56,274 bases of DNA, taken from contig WELA01001451.1 of NCBI GenBank assembly GCA_009602735.1, forward strand, positions 24,080 to 80,353, given 5' to 3'. The notes below the pieces were generated by a model, which searched no databases, was not told the DNA's origin, and was given only the letters and a program-made list of their open reading frames with translations. How positions within the stretch are numbered: position 1 is the stretch's first letter; every line of letters starts with the position of its first letter. Of this stretch, positions 24,280 to 38,672 are shown one piece after another. This DNA is from Mesotaenium endlicherianum (Eukaryota). The position numbers and the translations under genes were made by a program.

Positions 24280-26366
24280 CTTTGTAGGAAGACCTAGTAG
24301 AAGTGCAAGCAGTAGGAAGGATCAGCGTTAGGACGGGGAACCATCCCTCGAGTTGTAGAGATGAGTGCTTCAGGCAACGGGTGCCGCTTAACTTCGCGTT
24401 GAGGGCAAGGCATCTGGACAGGTGGGCACATGCATGGGGTTGTACAGAAGAGTAGATCGTAAGCAGGTACAATATCTTTTGCCAAGTATCTGGATGTGAT
24501 GTATCATAAGATATGCCCCTTTTTTTGTCTTCTGGCAGCTGCAGTTCATGTTATATCCTTTTTTGTAACCTGAAAAATCCTCCTTTTTTTTGATGGTAAA
24601 ATTGATTACTTGGGTGAGTGCAAGAAAGTAGCTACTGTTGTATCTATGTATTACAAATCTGTCGATGCTTTTTCATTTTGAAAATCACAGCTATGTCACT
24701 TGGCTCTATACAATTCACTTGTAGCTCATTTCATTGGATGATTGGCTGATGGACACTATATGCAACATATCTATTGCCATTCTACACATAAATAGTGCAT
24801 GCTTGCAGTCCCGGCAATTTGGTGTTGCTGTGCGGCACAGATTCTGTCTTTCTTGTCAGCACAGCCCAAAGCTTTGATTTATGCGTACGTATCTACTCTC
24901 TCGCATCGCTGTTTCTAGTTCCGTCGCTATTTCTTGTTGGCACAGCCCGAAGCTCCAGGTAACACTATACCGCTTTAACTGAATTATTGATACATGTAGG
25001 GTATACATGTGTATATATAACAGTGCCTCTATTTCCTCTTGCAGATGTGACCAAATTAATGTCTTGCCTGCTACAAAATAAAGCTCACTATATCACCCTT
25101 GGTGCTTGAAGTTGGTCCATCGATTGCCTTCACTTCCATTGTTTACTTGTAATGCGCTTAGTGTATATGCATCGTTCAACTTTTGGGAAGCTTCAATTCT
25201 GCGTCTAGCTCCATCTCCAGAAAAAGATGGAAGCGACGCGTACCTATTTTTAACTTATTCGGTGCATAGTTAACTAAATTGATGCACTATCCACAAGATT
25301 CTAGAAGCTTGCAGTCTAGCTTTAATTGAACCCTTGCATACAGAAAAGATGCATAAGTTTAATTTATATTTCATTTGCTCCAAGCACATATCATTGAAAA
25401 AATGCAGCATGCAAAGGAATATACACTCTTATGATTTCCAGAACTAACACATCAATACTTGTCTCACGCAGCACATTCTTAGGACGCGGTGCAGCAAAAA
25501 GGACTACATTCATGACGCATGCAGGAGACACGTTACTAATATGCACATGCTATCAGTTTGCAAACTGCTCTACATGTCTTCGAATCTCTACACGTCTTCG
25601 AATCTCCGCACAGCCATCGCCATCTTAACAATGTTATGCGCAAACTTAGTGACTTCAGCTTTACACATCTAACAAACATATAACGGACTTCTACGTAGAT
25701 CAAAATCCAGAGTACGAGGCCCAGACGTGAACTTTCTTCCCCATGGAAAAATGCATGATTGTCATCAATTGTCTCATAAGGACTTATTTACATATCAAAC
25801 TACAATGTCCCCATGTATTTGTCTCCATTGAGTGAGACTTCTGAAGTACAACCAAACAAGCTTTGGGGCGCTACGCTCCAAAAGGTTCACAACCAATCAG
25901 GGCACAGCAAATGCCCCGAGCGGAGCAGAACTAACCTTCAGTGACCAATCTTATGAAAGCAACTTTTTAACTAAGTAGGCTGACATGCCTACATATGCCA
26001 CATATAATGTTGAGCATGGCGTAACCAAATGGGGAAGCACTTGCCTGCAAACAAATCAGCAGGCAAACCAAATTTGAGATGATGTTGCACACAAATTGTT
26101 GCATGCACATGGAAGGCAGATAGCAGACCAGAAGCAAGCCAGCCAAATCTGAGTGGCTGAACAAGAGGGCGGAACAAAGGTATAAGAGTGCCATCCAGCA
26201 GTAGTTTTGAAAATCAAGACCGTAGTCAAGTATTTTCACACCCTTAATTTAAATTGTCCACATACAGAAAGTACAGCACAATAAATGAAAGTCACCTCTG
26301 ATATTTGAAGGCACATATTCTTTCAGTTTCATGGCTATAGACTCTCGCTAAAGTCCACAACTTACC

Positions 26367-26576
26367 TCACTTGCCCGTTTTGCGCATAGCCGCAATGGCA
26401 TAGTTCGCCGCAGCAAACACCCCCGCATGCACTACGGTAGAGGGGAAATCAGTCCTGCCGGTAGTTCCAACATCAATTGGTTGCTTATCGCCCGGAATTT
26501 TAAGCAAGATGCCCGGCGTCAAAGCCACAAAAAGCAGGGTCGGAACCAGGAGCGGTCCCAAGGCATGGTTTGACAT
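26367..26576 (-). CDS. DUF3339 family small hydrophobic protein (69 aa)
   Basis: LGPLLVPTLLFVALTPGILLKIPG...STVVHAGVF matches the plant DUF3339 pattern (GPV...LFVLLSPGLLFQLPG...SILVH). Confidence 0.82.
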   Translation of the reverse strand: MSNHALGPLLVPTLLFVALTPGILLKIPGDKQPIDVGTTGRTDFPSTVVHAGVFAAANYAIAAMRKTGK

Positions 26577-27887
26577 GGCGCTTAAAGAGGAAGAGCTGCT
26601 AATCTTCTAACAAACACTTCTAATGAATGCAGGCAGCTGTATTGGTAGGCTCTATTGGATGGATTATTGTCACAAGTACACTCCGTGAAGAGGCGAAGAC
26701 TGGGCACAACCTTCCCACCTTTAAAATGAAATAACCTCGCCCGTTTTTGCATTACGAAGCAGGTGTGAGCCATTGCAAGAATTGGCCGGACACGACGAGG
26801 CAAGGATACTCTAGTGGCTGATTGTTTACCGACGTGGCCGATGCAAATTTCTGCTCATCAAAGAAAATGCAGGGGGCCTGCTAATGCCACTTGCAAATAA
26901 ACTGGTTAAGCAAAATCTGCATGCAGATGCTTCTGTCCAAGCAAGAAAGGATGACAATACGTGTAAGATAGTGCTACAACTATGGCGCTAAGTTGGGCTT
27001 ATGAAGGTCGACGTTGAACTCGAACGCCGGGGCAGGCTAAACGGTGACGAGGCCCGTGTACAAGACAAGCCATTGACGACGTCCGATATACGAGGATTGA
27101 CAAACCCCCCCTTTTTTTTGTTTTTCGATTTTCTTTCCCTTTGGTGCACTGCGTCGAAATGTCGACTATATATGCTCTTCCAATTCTAACGAACCAACAC
27201 GTATGTAGATGCATGGGATGCTAACTGGCTGCGACTTTTTTGATTCATTGAAAGTTTTCGCAAGAATTGCAAGTCGGGCGCAACGGATCCTATTCCATTT
27301 ATTTACATCGCACCCATCAGGGCTAAAATGGGCTGAATAAATCGAAAAGTTTGAAATCATGCCGCAAGCGAAAAAGTGTCGCAGTGAACGCCCGAATTTT
27401 GGAGGGAGTTATCACCCATGTGTAGATGTGTGTAGATGGCATTGACTCGCGGGATACGTTCACAGTCCACGTCGGGCGAGGAGGACCGTGGCCAGTCTTG
27501 TCGAGTCTTGCCAAGTCTTTCCCAGTCGTGCCGGGTGGATCGAGTTTTACGAGACTACAATATTCAACAATATTGAACATTCTGCTACAATGAAACATCA
27601 ACTGAACAAAAAAACAATCTCAAAGCTCAGTGCTCGCTGCTGGTGCTTGCAACGCTGGGAGAAGGTCCCCACCTAGCTGTTCCCATCAGTTCCCATCAAG
27701 CCGAGCTATAATTATCAATCTTCCCAGGCCTTTAAGAATTATATTTGTCACCAGCGTAACCCTTCCTAACTGCTGGAGCTAGCATCATAACGAATACAAC
27801 GGACGCTGTTTCTCGCAGTTTGGGTCAGTGTAGGCGGACGGCACTTGATTCTGCAGTGGTTATTATCATCTGGTGCGGGACACACGT

Positions 27888-30162
27888 ATGGCTAAGTTGG
27901 ATCCTTCACGAATTTCCGGTCACGTATTTGAAGAGGTATAGTATCATTGCCTTAAATGGTTTGAGTAGTTGCTCATTTTTTAAATGAAGGTATGCTTTAT
28001 GAAAAGTATCATCGTACGTCTGTATGGGCAATTCATTTTCTTGTTGAAGCTCTTTATGTACGGCACACCTGACTCCTTTCTTTCCTGTTTTTTTCCCCCT
28101 AAAATGTGAGCAGACCGAGTTTGAGTATACTGAAAGGTGTGCTGCCCCACACTATGCTTCACCCATCGTGGCTTGTGTCTTCTCACATGCACTAGTCGTA
28201 TACCCGCTCTTGTTTTGAAGGTTACGTTCCGGACATCCTGATACCACTTCAAAGCCATTCGAAACGACAATGTTCTTATGGTGCAAGGCGTGGGCAGTAT
28301 AATAGTGACAGCTGGATTCCATCGTCAAGAATATGATTGGCTAGACTTACGCTGTGTACGTCCAGAGTTCTTCATGATACCATCAAAGCCTGTACCTGCA
28401 GGCACCCATGGTGGAAAGTTACAGCTGTCACGCCTCCCAACCCTGCTTGTAGGCTTACTATGGGCACCAGTCTGGCACCAGCAAACAGGTGTGAACAGGG
28501 GTCTGAACGGGGATGTGAACAGGAATGTGAACAGGGCTGCAATTGTTCTGCATGGGGGAAGTAGCAGATGCCTCACCCTACACTCTCTGAGCTACTCCCT
28601 CTCCGCGTGCGTGTGTGAACAGGGATGTGGCCCTGTACGCTCTCGGAGTAGGGGCAGGTGGCGCCAATCCCTGCGACGCCCTGGAACTCCCCTACGTCTA
28701 CGACAGCCCCTTCGAAGCCTCCTCCTTCAAAGTAAAGCTCTCCAACTGACACTTGGCAGCGTGCCCGCAGCATGCCTGCAGAATGCCAGCAACATGCCAG
28801 CAATTTTAATTAGACTACACGCCCTCACATCTCAAGGAAGATTCCTCAACTGCTGCCCTCATGGCAGTCCCAACACCAGTCGTCACTCCAGAACCGACAC
28901 GTGTCATCGTGCCGGATCCGGCACCTGCCTTCCACCAGCGTGGTGTACCTTATTCGTGAGATGGCTATCAGTGAGAGCTTACACGTTTGATGGTGCGCAT
29001 GAAGAGCACATGCAGCAGAGACCCCTAAGACGAGATGCCTGCAGGCAGGAGCTTTGCAGAGCTGCTACCACTCCACCGGAGAGGCCCCTCTCTTCTGTTT
29101 CCCTGATGCTCCTGCTCATGCTCATGCTCCTGCTCATGATCGTGCTGATGCTGGCGCTGGCGCTGATGCGGATGCTGGCGCTGATGCGGATGCTGGCGCT
29201 GATGCGGATGCTGATGCTTATAGTGATGGTGATGCTAGTGCTGAATGCTGATGCTGGCGCTGATGCGACTACACTCGCTTATGGCGTTGTGATTGGTCCA
29301 GGTGGACAAGCCAGCAGGCGCTGTCTGGCTGCCTGCTGCTCCAGCTCTGCCTGCCTGCTAGTGCCCATACCGTGCACCAAAATACTCTTAAGCTTCATGT
29401 AGCCTACCAGTCTCTCTGTATATAATTTTGTTCATATATATGTATATGTGTATATATATTATATATACATACATGCATATATATATGCACATGTATATGT
29501 ACATATATTATGTACAGCTTTGAGCAATGGTTTTAGTATGTCTATGACACGATATGCATGCGTCTTTATTACGTAGTGTGTAAATACATGGCCAAATCTG
29601 CGTTATTTTGTGTGGGTTGTTTTTAAGGTATGGACACACTCGGACGGCGTGCGAGTAGATATTGTGCAGATCGCAGTGCATATGGTGCAGTATATACAGT
29701 GCTATTTGTGAGTATATGTGAATACATGTGTACAATTATGTTTGCTTGTACATACACATGTGCTTGTACATATGTGTGTCAATATGTACACACATATATA
29801 TAATATGTGTACATATGTGTGTCAATATGTACACACATATATATAATATGTGTACATATGTGTATGTGCATGTAGACGTGTGTACCGCCTGCTGAAGCGG
29901 GTGTCCTCTCGTCACGTGGTTTCCTGCCTGCCTGCCTGCCTGCTCGCCTGCAGGTGCTGCCGACGTTTGCGGTGCTGTTCCCGGCCAGCATCATCGACCA
30001 GTTCCTGTCTCTCGACGGCCTCGTGTAAGGCAGCCTGTCCTGTGCGCTCGCCTTCCATCATCAAAGCATCTGCCAACCCTAACGCCAACCTCGAACTTAT
30101 GTGCTCCCAAAAATTGTGCTCTATTGTCGGAAGAGACGCCTGCTCTTCTAGGCGCACGCGCG

Positions 30163-30217
<55 letters not shown>

Positions 30218-33200
30218 ATATTCAGGTGTGCATACTTGCACCCATATATCTGCGTACACATACATATATATGTATGTATTTATGAATGACACATGTGATG
30301 CGTCTCTCTCTCTCTGTGCGTGGGTGTGTTGTGTGTGTGTATCTGTACACGTGAATATTGGTTCACACATTTGATCCTTATCCCTGGTGTCTGCTTTCAG
30401 ATTTGACCCGAAGCTGCTGCTGCACGGGGAACAGTTCCTGGAAGTATACCGCCCACTCCCCACCCACGCCAAGGTACCCCCATGCTCATGATAGCTATGC
30501 TCTCTCACCCTTTCTCTCTCTCTCTCTCTCCCTCTCGTTTCTACCTCTCTCTCTCTCTCCCCCNGGCGCTCATGTCAGCTTCCCCACACTCTTCAGTACT
30601 CTCTTTCCCCTTTCAGCTCAGGGGAGGGCCTGCAGGCCCCTCCCGCTGCTGGCCGTTCTGCCGAGCTTCATCCTTTCCCATCTATGTGTTTGTACAAATT
30701 AGCACGTGCGCTCTCCCGCACTCACCCCGCTACTTGCTCCCCCTCGGCTCAAAGGGCTGGCCGGCCCCTTCTATGGTTCACGCGGGCGCACGCACACACA
30801 CACAAGCACACGCGCACACACACACACACACCCCCATACGCATACACACGCACACACACACGCACATGCACACACACGCACACACGCACACACGTGCACA
30901 CACGCACACACACACACGCGCACGCACACACACACACACACTCACACACAAGCATGCACTCATGCACACGCACACACACGCATACACACGCACACGCGTA
31001 CACATGCACACATGCACACACACACACACACACAGCCACAGACACAGAGGTGCGCAGGAGCGCAGATGCAGGCGCGCGCGCAGCTTCGGCACGGACCTAG
31101 ACTTGTTTGTACAGCCTCTCTCCTCCCCAGCTTCGAGGAGGGGTAAGACCCCCCCCCCTCTGCTGGCGGTGCATGCTGAGCTCCAGCCGCTGTCATTCAT
31201 TTCTTCATGTGCATCAAGTGACGCGCGCGCACCACCCCACACTCTGCCACACTCTCCCCCCCCCCAATCCCCTCCCGCCTGCGCAATGCCAACGCCTGCA
31301 ACACGCCTGCAAAGAAGGGGGGAGGAGGAAATCATGGCTGCCATGGCGGCAGAGCGCGCGCTGACTCCGCTTGCAACGGCGGCACTCTGCCGCAGCTTTC
31401 GAGAACTCGGTTTAGGGCACCCCCTTGCAAGCCTGGGCCTGCCCCGGCCCCTGGGTCTGCTCGCCCTCGCTGGCTCGCTCTAGCTCCGGCTCCGAGAGAG
31501 CCGTGGCCTTAGGGGTTTGACGATTAGGATCTAGGGTTTACAGTCGAGGGTTCAGGTTCTGGGGTAAGGGTAGGGTGTAAGGGACAGGGGGTGGTGTAGA
31601 GGCAGGGTGCCAAGCTTGAGGTTTTGAAGGGCAGCTTGTAAGCTTCAGACTGATGCTGGGGTGACAAAGCAGCAGCAGCAGCAGGAGAAGCGTGAGCAGC
31701 ATCGTGAGCAAGCATTACCCTGGCAGCAGGAGCAGCAGCAGCTAGCAGGCGAGGGAGGATGGATGGTACTGTGGGGCCCTAGCTAGCGCCCATCAGCCTG
31801 TAATGGCCGCCCGCCTGCCCGCCCACCTGGCTGGCTGGTTGACTGGCTGACTGGCTTGCTGGCTGGCCGGGTGATGGTGGTGGTGGGGCAGGTGCGCAGC
31901 AGGAGCCGGATCTCCCGCCTCGAAGACAAGGGTGCGCACTCTCTCTCCTCTCCCTCCTGCTCCCCCTCCTCCACTTTCGCCCCCTCCTCTCCCTCCCGCC
32001 CCTCCTCCCCCTCCTCCTTCCCCCTGCGCCCGCTTCCTTCCTGCCGCCGCCTGCAATGCACGCACAATCGTCGGCCGTAGACTGCCCTGCGGCCTCAAAG
32101 TTTGAAACTGCAGCTCCACCTCGACCACTGGCGGCATATGCGCCACATCCGGAGGGGCGACCCGAGAAGTACGCGCTTTGAGGTCCTCATGGTGGCCACT
32201 GGAGGCAAACGAGGGTGGGGCTGGGGGGTGCATCTGCGGTCTGCCGCTATCGCTCACAGCAGAGCCTGACTGCCTCCCCTGGGCACCACCTGGAGCTGCA
32301 GGTGCCGGGGACGGTTCCCTGCATTACCTGGCAGAAGGAGGTGTGCGGTTTTTTTTTTGTGATCCTCCGCTGTCGGCGAGAAGCGTGCCCCTCTCCCCCC
32401 GCGGTGCGCTGCGCTGCGCCCCCCTCCCTCTCCAGTGTCTCGCTCTCGAGCTGCCCTTGGGGATGCGGGGCAAGAGTATGGCTGCTGCTTCTATAGATGA
32501 TAGTCGATGTGCTGCTTCTGCGGACACAAGGGCGGGCAACGCGCCTCGACAGGCCGTGCGGGGTGGTGCCCTCTCTCCATCCCCGCCCGCTGTGCGGAGG
32601 CCTCGTTGGCGTCAAAGCTGCAGAACCGTGTCGGGGCGTGTACGCTCTGCGAGTGGCTGCAGCTTTGCACCCCTTTGCACCTCCCCTCCTGGGGTGGTGC
32701 AAATCACGGGGTTGGGGGGGGGCGAGAGGGGGGTCCCAGAGGCATGCGCGGGGTTGTAGGCAACTGGGTGAGTGTTTTGGATGAAGAGGGAGGGGGCAGG
32801 GGGGGACGAGGGACCTGCCTGAATTGGAGTGGAAAGGTGGAGGTGCGCGGGAGGGGGCGGGAAGAAGAGGCGGAGATGGGCAGCAGGCCTGGCCGGGTTT
32901 CGTGTTTTTTTTCTTTTTTTTTATAAATAATAAATTCTCTTTTGGAAATTCAGCGAGTATCTCCTCCTGAGCGCGGCGCAAAGCTCTCTGGCTCGTTGCT
33001 CTCCCGAAGGGAAGCGCGGGAAGAGCGGCCTGAGGAGCGAGTGTTGCGTTTCTGGCTCTGGCTGCCATGCAGTCTCGTCTTTGACCTCTAGTGCATTTGG
33101 GAGCTCAGAATGGGAGCGAGGAGGAAAGGCCAGCAAGAAGATGTTTTCTCCCCCCGTTAATTGGTGAGCCCATCCTTTCTGAGGGCATCGTGGGCTCCCT

Positions 33201-36200
33201 GGCTCATTTCGTGTCTTTCGAACGGGAGCCGGGCGAGGGGGGGGGGCCAGGCAAGGCGGCGCTGCTGGAGGTGGAGACCGCCAGCTTCGACGCGCGCTCG
33301 GGCGAGAAGCTCTGCCTCGCCAGGTATGGCTGCCGCCGCCGCCGCCGCTGCCGCCGCTTCTAGCGCTGCCGCTGCTTGTGCTGCCGCTCGCGCCTTGCCA
33401 GGTGTATCTGCCGCCGCTGCTGCCCCCCCTTGCGCAAAATCTCGCATTTGTTGTGTCGTGCACGGCTGCCGCCCTCTGTCTCCTGCCAGTGGCGGGGGGA
33501 AGGGGGGGGGCTCTGCCCAACCGGGTGCGGCTGCCACTGCTGCTTGTGCTGTCGCTTGCAGACGTGCTGCTGCCCATGTACGTAGTTTTGAATGAAAGTT
33601 GATTTCTCGATTGCCGCTGCCAAACGCATGACAAGCATGAGTTGTCGGCAGCCATGCGGCGCTCGTACGTAGTTTCTCCCTCATCTCAAGCTCGCCATCG
33701 TACCGGTCCGCCCATTCTCTCCCTCCTCAATCTTGGCAAAGAAGAGGCTCCGATGCCACGTGGCGGCTCGTGAGTGGGGCCCCCCCAGCACCGCCAGCGC
33801 AGTCACGAGCTCCGATGAATACGAGCAGAGCCTAGTGTACCCCTACAGTCATCCTGTGAGCTGTCAATGATTTGAGCAATATTGCATCGTCAGTGCTGGT
33901 GCTGGTGCTGGTGCCGGCGTCTCTGTCGGCTCATCAGAGCCCAGGAGAAGTCTCCGCTCCCGGAATTTGGAGGGTCCTTGACAAGCTCCGCGCTCAAGCG
34001 TTTTTTCATAATGAGAGAATCAATTTCGGGGCCGGGGGCGGCATCTGGCCGAGGAGAGGGTGGAGGGGGGTGCAGAGCTTCCTGCTTTCTCAGAGGAGCT
34101 GGGGGCTTCGCCACGTCAGCGCCAGCCACGCCCGGCTCAGCTCGCCAGCAGGAGGGAGGGGGGGCACAGGCGGCAGGCACCGGGAGGAGGCCTGTGCAGC
34201 TGCTCGCGCCGCCGCCAGCTGGCAAGGCGCCCACGGCCACGCACGAAGAGCGCACGCACGCGTCGCAGGTTCCCTCCCTTTCCACTGCGCTCGCCTGGCA
34301 CCTGCTCTCCCTCTCTCCCTCTCTGTCTGGTTTTTCTGCCTGGTCTGATTTCCCGTCCTCTATCCATCTCCTCCCCCACTCCTACCCCAATCTCCCCCCC
34401 NNNNNNNNNNNNNNNNNNNNNNNNNNNNNNNNNNNNNNNNNCCCCCCCCCTCCTCTCATTCCAACCCTACCTTTGGCCCAGCCTTAGAGTACACTTACAG
34501 GCCTGCAGAAAGAAGCTGTAAGGGTCAGATTGGGAGTGGTTTTCTGTGGGAAGGAGGGAGGGAGGGCGGGAGGGAAGGGGGAAGGGGGTTCTGTCCTCTG
34601 ATCTGGGGCTCCTCCGTGTCACTGTGCGTCTGCAATCTCGCTGACTCCACGTGCCTCTCTCGCGTCGCCAGTCAGTTAACAGCTTCGCCAGTCCGTGTGT
34701 GTCTGTCTTCTGAATGTGTGTTGCGTACGCGTTGACGGCTGTATCGGCATGTGCGTTGGCTCCACTGGCGTGGAAGGCCACCTGTCGCCTGTGCTGGCGT
34801 GTGCATTCGCTCCGCGGGCGCACGCTCACACAGTTCACAGAGCTGCCGGCAGCGGCGGTGGCGGTGGCAGTGGCAGTGGCGGCTGCGGGGCGCTGTGCCT
34901 GCTGTGGCAGCTGCTGGCGCATGCCTGTAGGGGAGTTACGTCTGTCGTTGTGGGTGCACACTCGACAACGCACCTTCTCTCCTTCCTTACTTGTTATGTA
35001 TACTAAAAAAAAAGAGCTCTGATGCCCAGCCGGCAGAGGCACTTTGGCCGCGCCAGCAGAGATTGCAGGACATCGCAGGACGTCAAAAACTCAGGGTTGG
35101 GGGCGGGGGGCTTGAGGTTTTTTGTCCTCTGACCCTGACAGCTGGCTGCTGTGCGGGCTGCCCTGCCTGCGGCACCGTGCGGAGGGGGGCCCGCTGAGCG
35201 TCACACGTGCTGCTGGCGGCGTGTCACTGCATAGAGAGGGTTGCTGATTGCTGCACGGCTCTGAGGCCGCACGCTGGCCACCCATTGATGATGACGATAA
35301 GGATGAGTGGTACTAACTTCGGGTTTGATAACGGCGGCGGCAACGGACGACCGCGACGAGAGTGCACGCATGCGCGTGTGCGCGCATGCGCGTGCATGTT
35401 AGCAGGCGAGCATGAGTGCATGTACGCACACGAAAGCACATACGTCAGGTGAAATAATTCGTTCTAAATATTGGGGCATGTGGGGGCATGTGGGGGATTA
35501 TGGGGGGGGGAGCGGGAGTATGGCTGGCTGGCTGGCTGAGCGTGGGCAGGCTCTGCTGTACCGGCTGAGTGGGGACCACAATCCGCTGCACGCGGACCCG
35601 GAGTTTGCGGCAGCTGCTGGGTGCGTGGTGTCAGTCCCTTGCTCTGCCACTTGGCGTCCTGGCACTCCTGCCACGCAACGTCCTTGTAGCTTTGCTGCAT
35701 CAGGCTATCTTTCCTTCCCGCCATGCCACCTGGATGTCCTTTGCAGCGCATACTTTTGGACATCAGGGGGGGGGGTTGGATAGGCCTTCTTATGGGGAGT
35801 TGTGAATCGGGCAAGTTTAGGGTGTCGAGTGAAGTTGATCGCTGTTGATACAAATCCCAAGCGACAGAGATCATCATATCTCGTCTCGTCAAAGTTCCCC
35901 CGATTGCCTCCCAAGCATGAGCGCACGTGGTCCCGCACTCTCTGCTCCAATCGGACGCTGCCAGCCGTCCCCACTGTAAAGTCAAACTCTCCTCCCACAG
36001 CAGTCTGGCAGCACACACATGTGCTCCCTGTCACTACACCAACCCCCACCCCCCAACCCCTCCTCCTTCCTCTGTTGGCGTTCTCGCCCCCATCCTCCCG
36101 CCTTGCCCTTGCCCCACTGACATGCTGGTGGGCCGGGCATCGGCGGTGGCGGTGCAGGTTCGAGCGGCCAATCCTGCACGGTTTGTGCACGCTCGGGTTT

Positions 36201-36761
36201 GCGACGCGCGCCGTCATCCGGAGCCTGTGCGGCGGGCGGCCGGAGCTCCTCTGCAGCGTGCAGGCGCGCTTCCTCCTGCATGTGTTCCCGGGGGAGACTC
36301 TTGTCACCCACATGTGGCTGCAGGAAGACCAGGAGCAGGAGCAGGAGCGCGAGAAGGAGGAGCAGGGCCAGATTAAGGATGAGGCGGGGCATGCTTCCCG
36401 GCGGCAGCAGCAGGCGTCGACGTCGAGGAGGCAAGGCTGGCAGGCTGCTCCTCCCTTACTGTGGCCTCTGGCCTTTCCTCGGGGCACAGTTGTGACCTGC
36501 CGAGCGATGTTCAAGTCTTGTTGTTTTAATTTTCTGCGTGGGCTGGCAGAAGCAGAAGCACATAGATCCAATGGGACAGAGCGTTTGCGGCTTACCTGGT
36601 GCGTGGGCTCCCTCGTGATAGAGCTTGTGCGAGGGGCTCACTCGCTTGTCTCTCTCGTTGTGCGTGCCCGCAGGGTCATCTTCCAATGCAAGGTCAAGGA
36701 GCGGGGCAAGGTGGTGTTGGCCGGGGCGGCAATCATCACGCCTCCGACTGCTCGCCTCTAG
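27888..36761 (+). CDS. ECH2: Peroxisomal enoyl-CoA hydratase 2 (MaoC/hot-dog fold). Exons: 27888-27935, 28114-28136, 28623-28731, 29954-30024, 30401-30473, 31892-31931, 33251-33323, 34076-34268, 35550-35620, 36158-36430, 36674-36761
   Basis: [59 protein letters not shown], hydratase-2 motif [32 protein letters not shown] and C-terminal PTS1-like ARL. All phases are consistent, with the last intron read as GC-AG. Confidence 0.93.
29100..29270. repeat. GCTGAT/GCTGGC hexamer-based (18-bp unit) repeat in ECH2 intron
   Basis: gctgatgcggatgctggc repeated. Confidence 0.85.
29430..29880. repeat. Alternating purine-pyrimidine (TA/CA/TG) low-complexity tract with a ~42-bp tandem duplication
   Basis: tgtacatatgtgtgtcaatatgtacacacatatatataata occurs twice in about 29766-29850. 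Confidence 0.8.
30785..31045. repeat. Compound (CA)n/(CACG)n microsatellite
   Basis: Direct reading. Confidence 0.9.
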
Positions 36762-38672
36762 GAGGCGCGCAGCGCGCAGCGCGTAGCCGTGACGCTGCCA
36801 GCTGGATTGATGGCGGTGCTGCAAGCATGCGTGCAAGCATGCTGTGTCCAGCCTTTTGGTTGCCAACTAAGGGGGCTGGAACTTGAGGTTGGAACTTGGA
36901 TGCTGCCTTGGGCCAGGGGGACATTTGAAACGCGAGGAAGCATGTCTATTCTTGACCTGAATGTTTTTTCTTCATCAGTGCGCTGGAGCTTGGGGGCAAA
37001 AATTAGGTGGTGACAGCTTTTGGATCTTGGTCTTGTAAATACCGGATGTGGCCAAGACACTGAACTCTGGGTGGGCCCCACCGCTCGTGATGAGATGTGT
37101 TCATGGCGGCACTAGAGATATTTCTTGGGGGATATACGGCTTGTAACATGTGGAAGTAGTAATACTTTCGCAGGTTACTTGGTATAGAAAAGAAAACCCC
37201 GTCTTTTTTGTTACGAGCCTCGATTAACGTTGAATGGAGCAGCACAGTGGAGTTGGAGGCTTTCAGACTGCGAGTGGGTCTGATGACGAAGTGAGGGGTG
37301 TATTTATTGCAGTTGCACCACGTATAAGCTTCAGGGCTTGCTTCCTTTCGCCTTCCTTTCGCCTTCCTTTTGCCAAAGACGCGTTGCAAAGTGTTGTGTA
37401 TGATCGACTATTTTATCACTTTCTTAATTAAAAAAGTGGTGTTTGCATTGGCATTGAATTTCACGAAGGTTGCATGTATCACCATAATGTTCGTGGTGTG
37501 TGTCCATATAGTACGGGATTTTTATTCGATTAATACCAGACGTGCAGGTACCTGCTTTTTGTAGGTGAACTGGAAAGAAAAATTCTAAGTTGGAGAATGC
37601 GTGCAAGATTTACAATTCGTACAACTACTCTACCTATATGTGTGTGTCTTATTGGTTTTCTGCGTTGAGCTTGATAAGCATCCAAGTGCTCCAAGCGCAT
37701 GCTTGCGAGTAAATGGTGTGCCTATTGCCACCAGGCGTAGAATGTGCGTCTGCCAGGCTGCTCCAGCCTCTTCTGCAGAGTGTGTTTGCCTTGGCCCTTT
37801 CACCTTGGATTTTACACGTGCCCTATTGTTTGCTGCCAGGGTTTGGCCGTTTGACAGAGAATGATGAGAAAAGAGCGATGACTGAAGAAAGATTATAAAT
37901 ATCGCACAGTGTTAATCAGGTTCATAGATTTACGATATTTCGCTTGTTCATCTTGCTGTCCCCGTCTTCGAATTGTTAAGAGAAAAGAGACGAATGGTTC
38001 ATGCATGCGCCTCCCATTTGTTGTTTATGCTGCAACAACGTGTGCAGATTGTCTTTGTTAAAAGGGGCTGCTAGAGATTATGAAGATCCCTTTTTCTCCA
38101 AGCTTCCTGCTCCTCAAACTTCTGTGCTTGTCCGAATGTACATGAACAACTTCCGCGTCCTCTTGTGTCACCGTAATTACAATCATGTGACGGCCAACTC
38201 TGCTGAATTGATTCCCTTATATGTCCTATTAGCCGAAAGTAAGAAAATTATGCAACTAACTTCTTGTTGAAAGGGTCCTGAGGATGGGGGTCAGGTATAA
38301 CTATCTGACCGACCGCTTAACTACATGAGAAAATAGATATAAATTCAGGACATTATGAGATCAGATATGCATATGTAAGAAACAATGCAGCAGTGCATTG
38401 TCAATGGATCAGTTCGAAATTGAACATTCTGTCAATAAGTCATTTGCAATTTATACATGAACAACTTATTAGAACTATGCTTCCACTCTCATGCTTCTCT
38501 TGACCCGTATGAGCTCAGCCGTCCAAACGCCCCCACCTCAAATTCTTGGTCATTTCATATTCAACCCTACGAAGACACCTCAATCAGCGCCGCCGCTAAG
38601 TATATACACAAAGCTATACTTGACCATAACACTGGAACTGGAGGACCTGCTACAACTTTTTACATTAGTGAG

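Noticed and set aside
28278..29402. 374-aa ORF
   Set aside because: It overlaps a real ECH2 exon in another frame and is otherwise intronic hexamer repeat.
31505..31580. Telomere-like TAGGGTTT motifs (also near 46955, 54768, 54895)
   Set aside because: Isolated degenerate copies, not an array.
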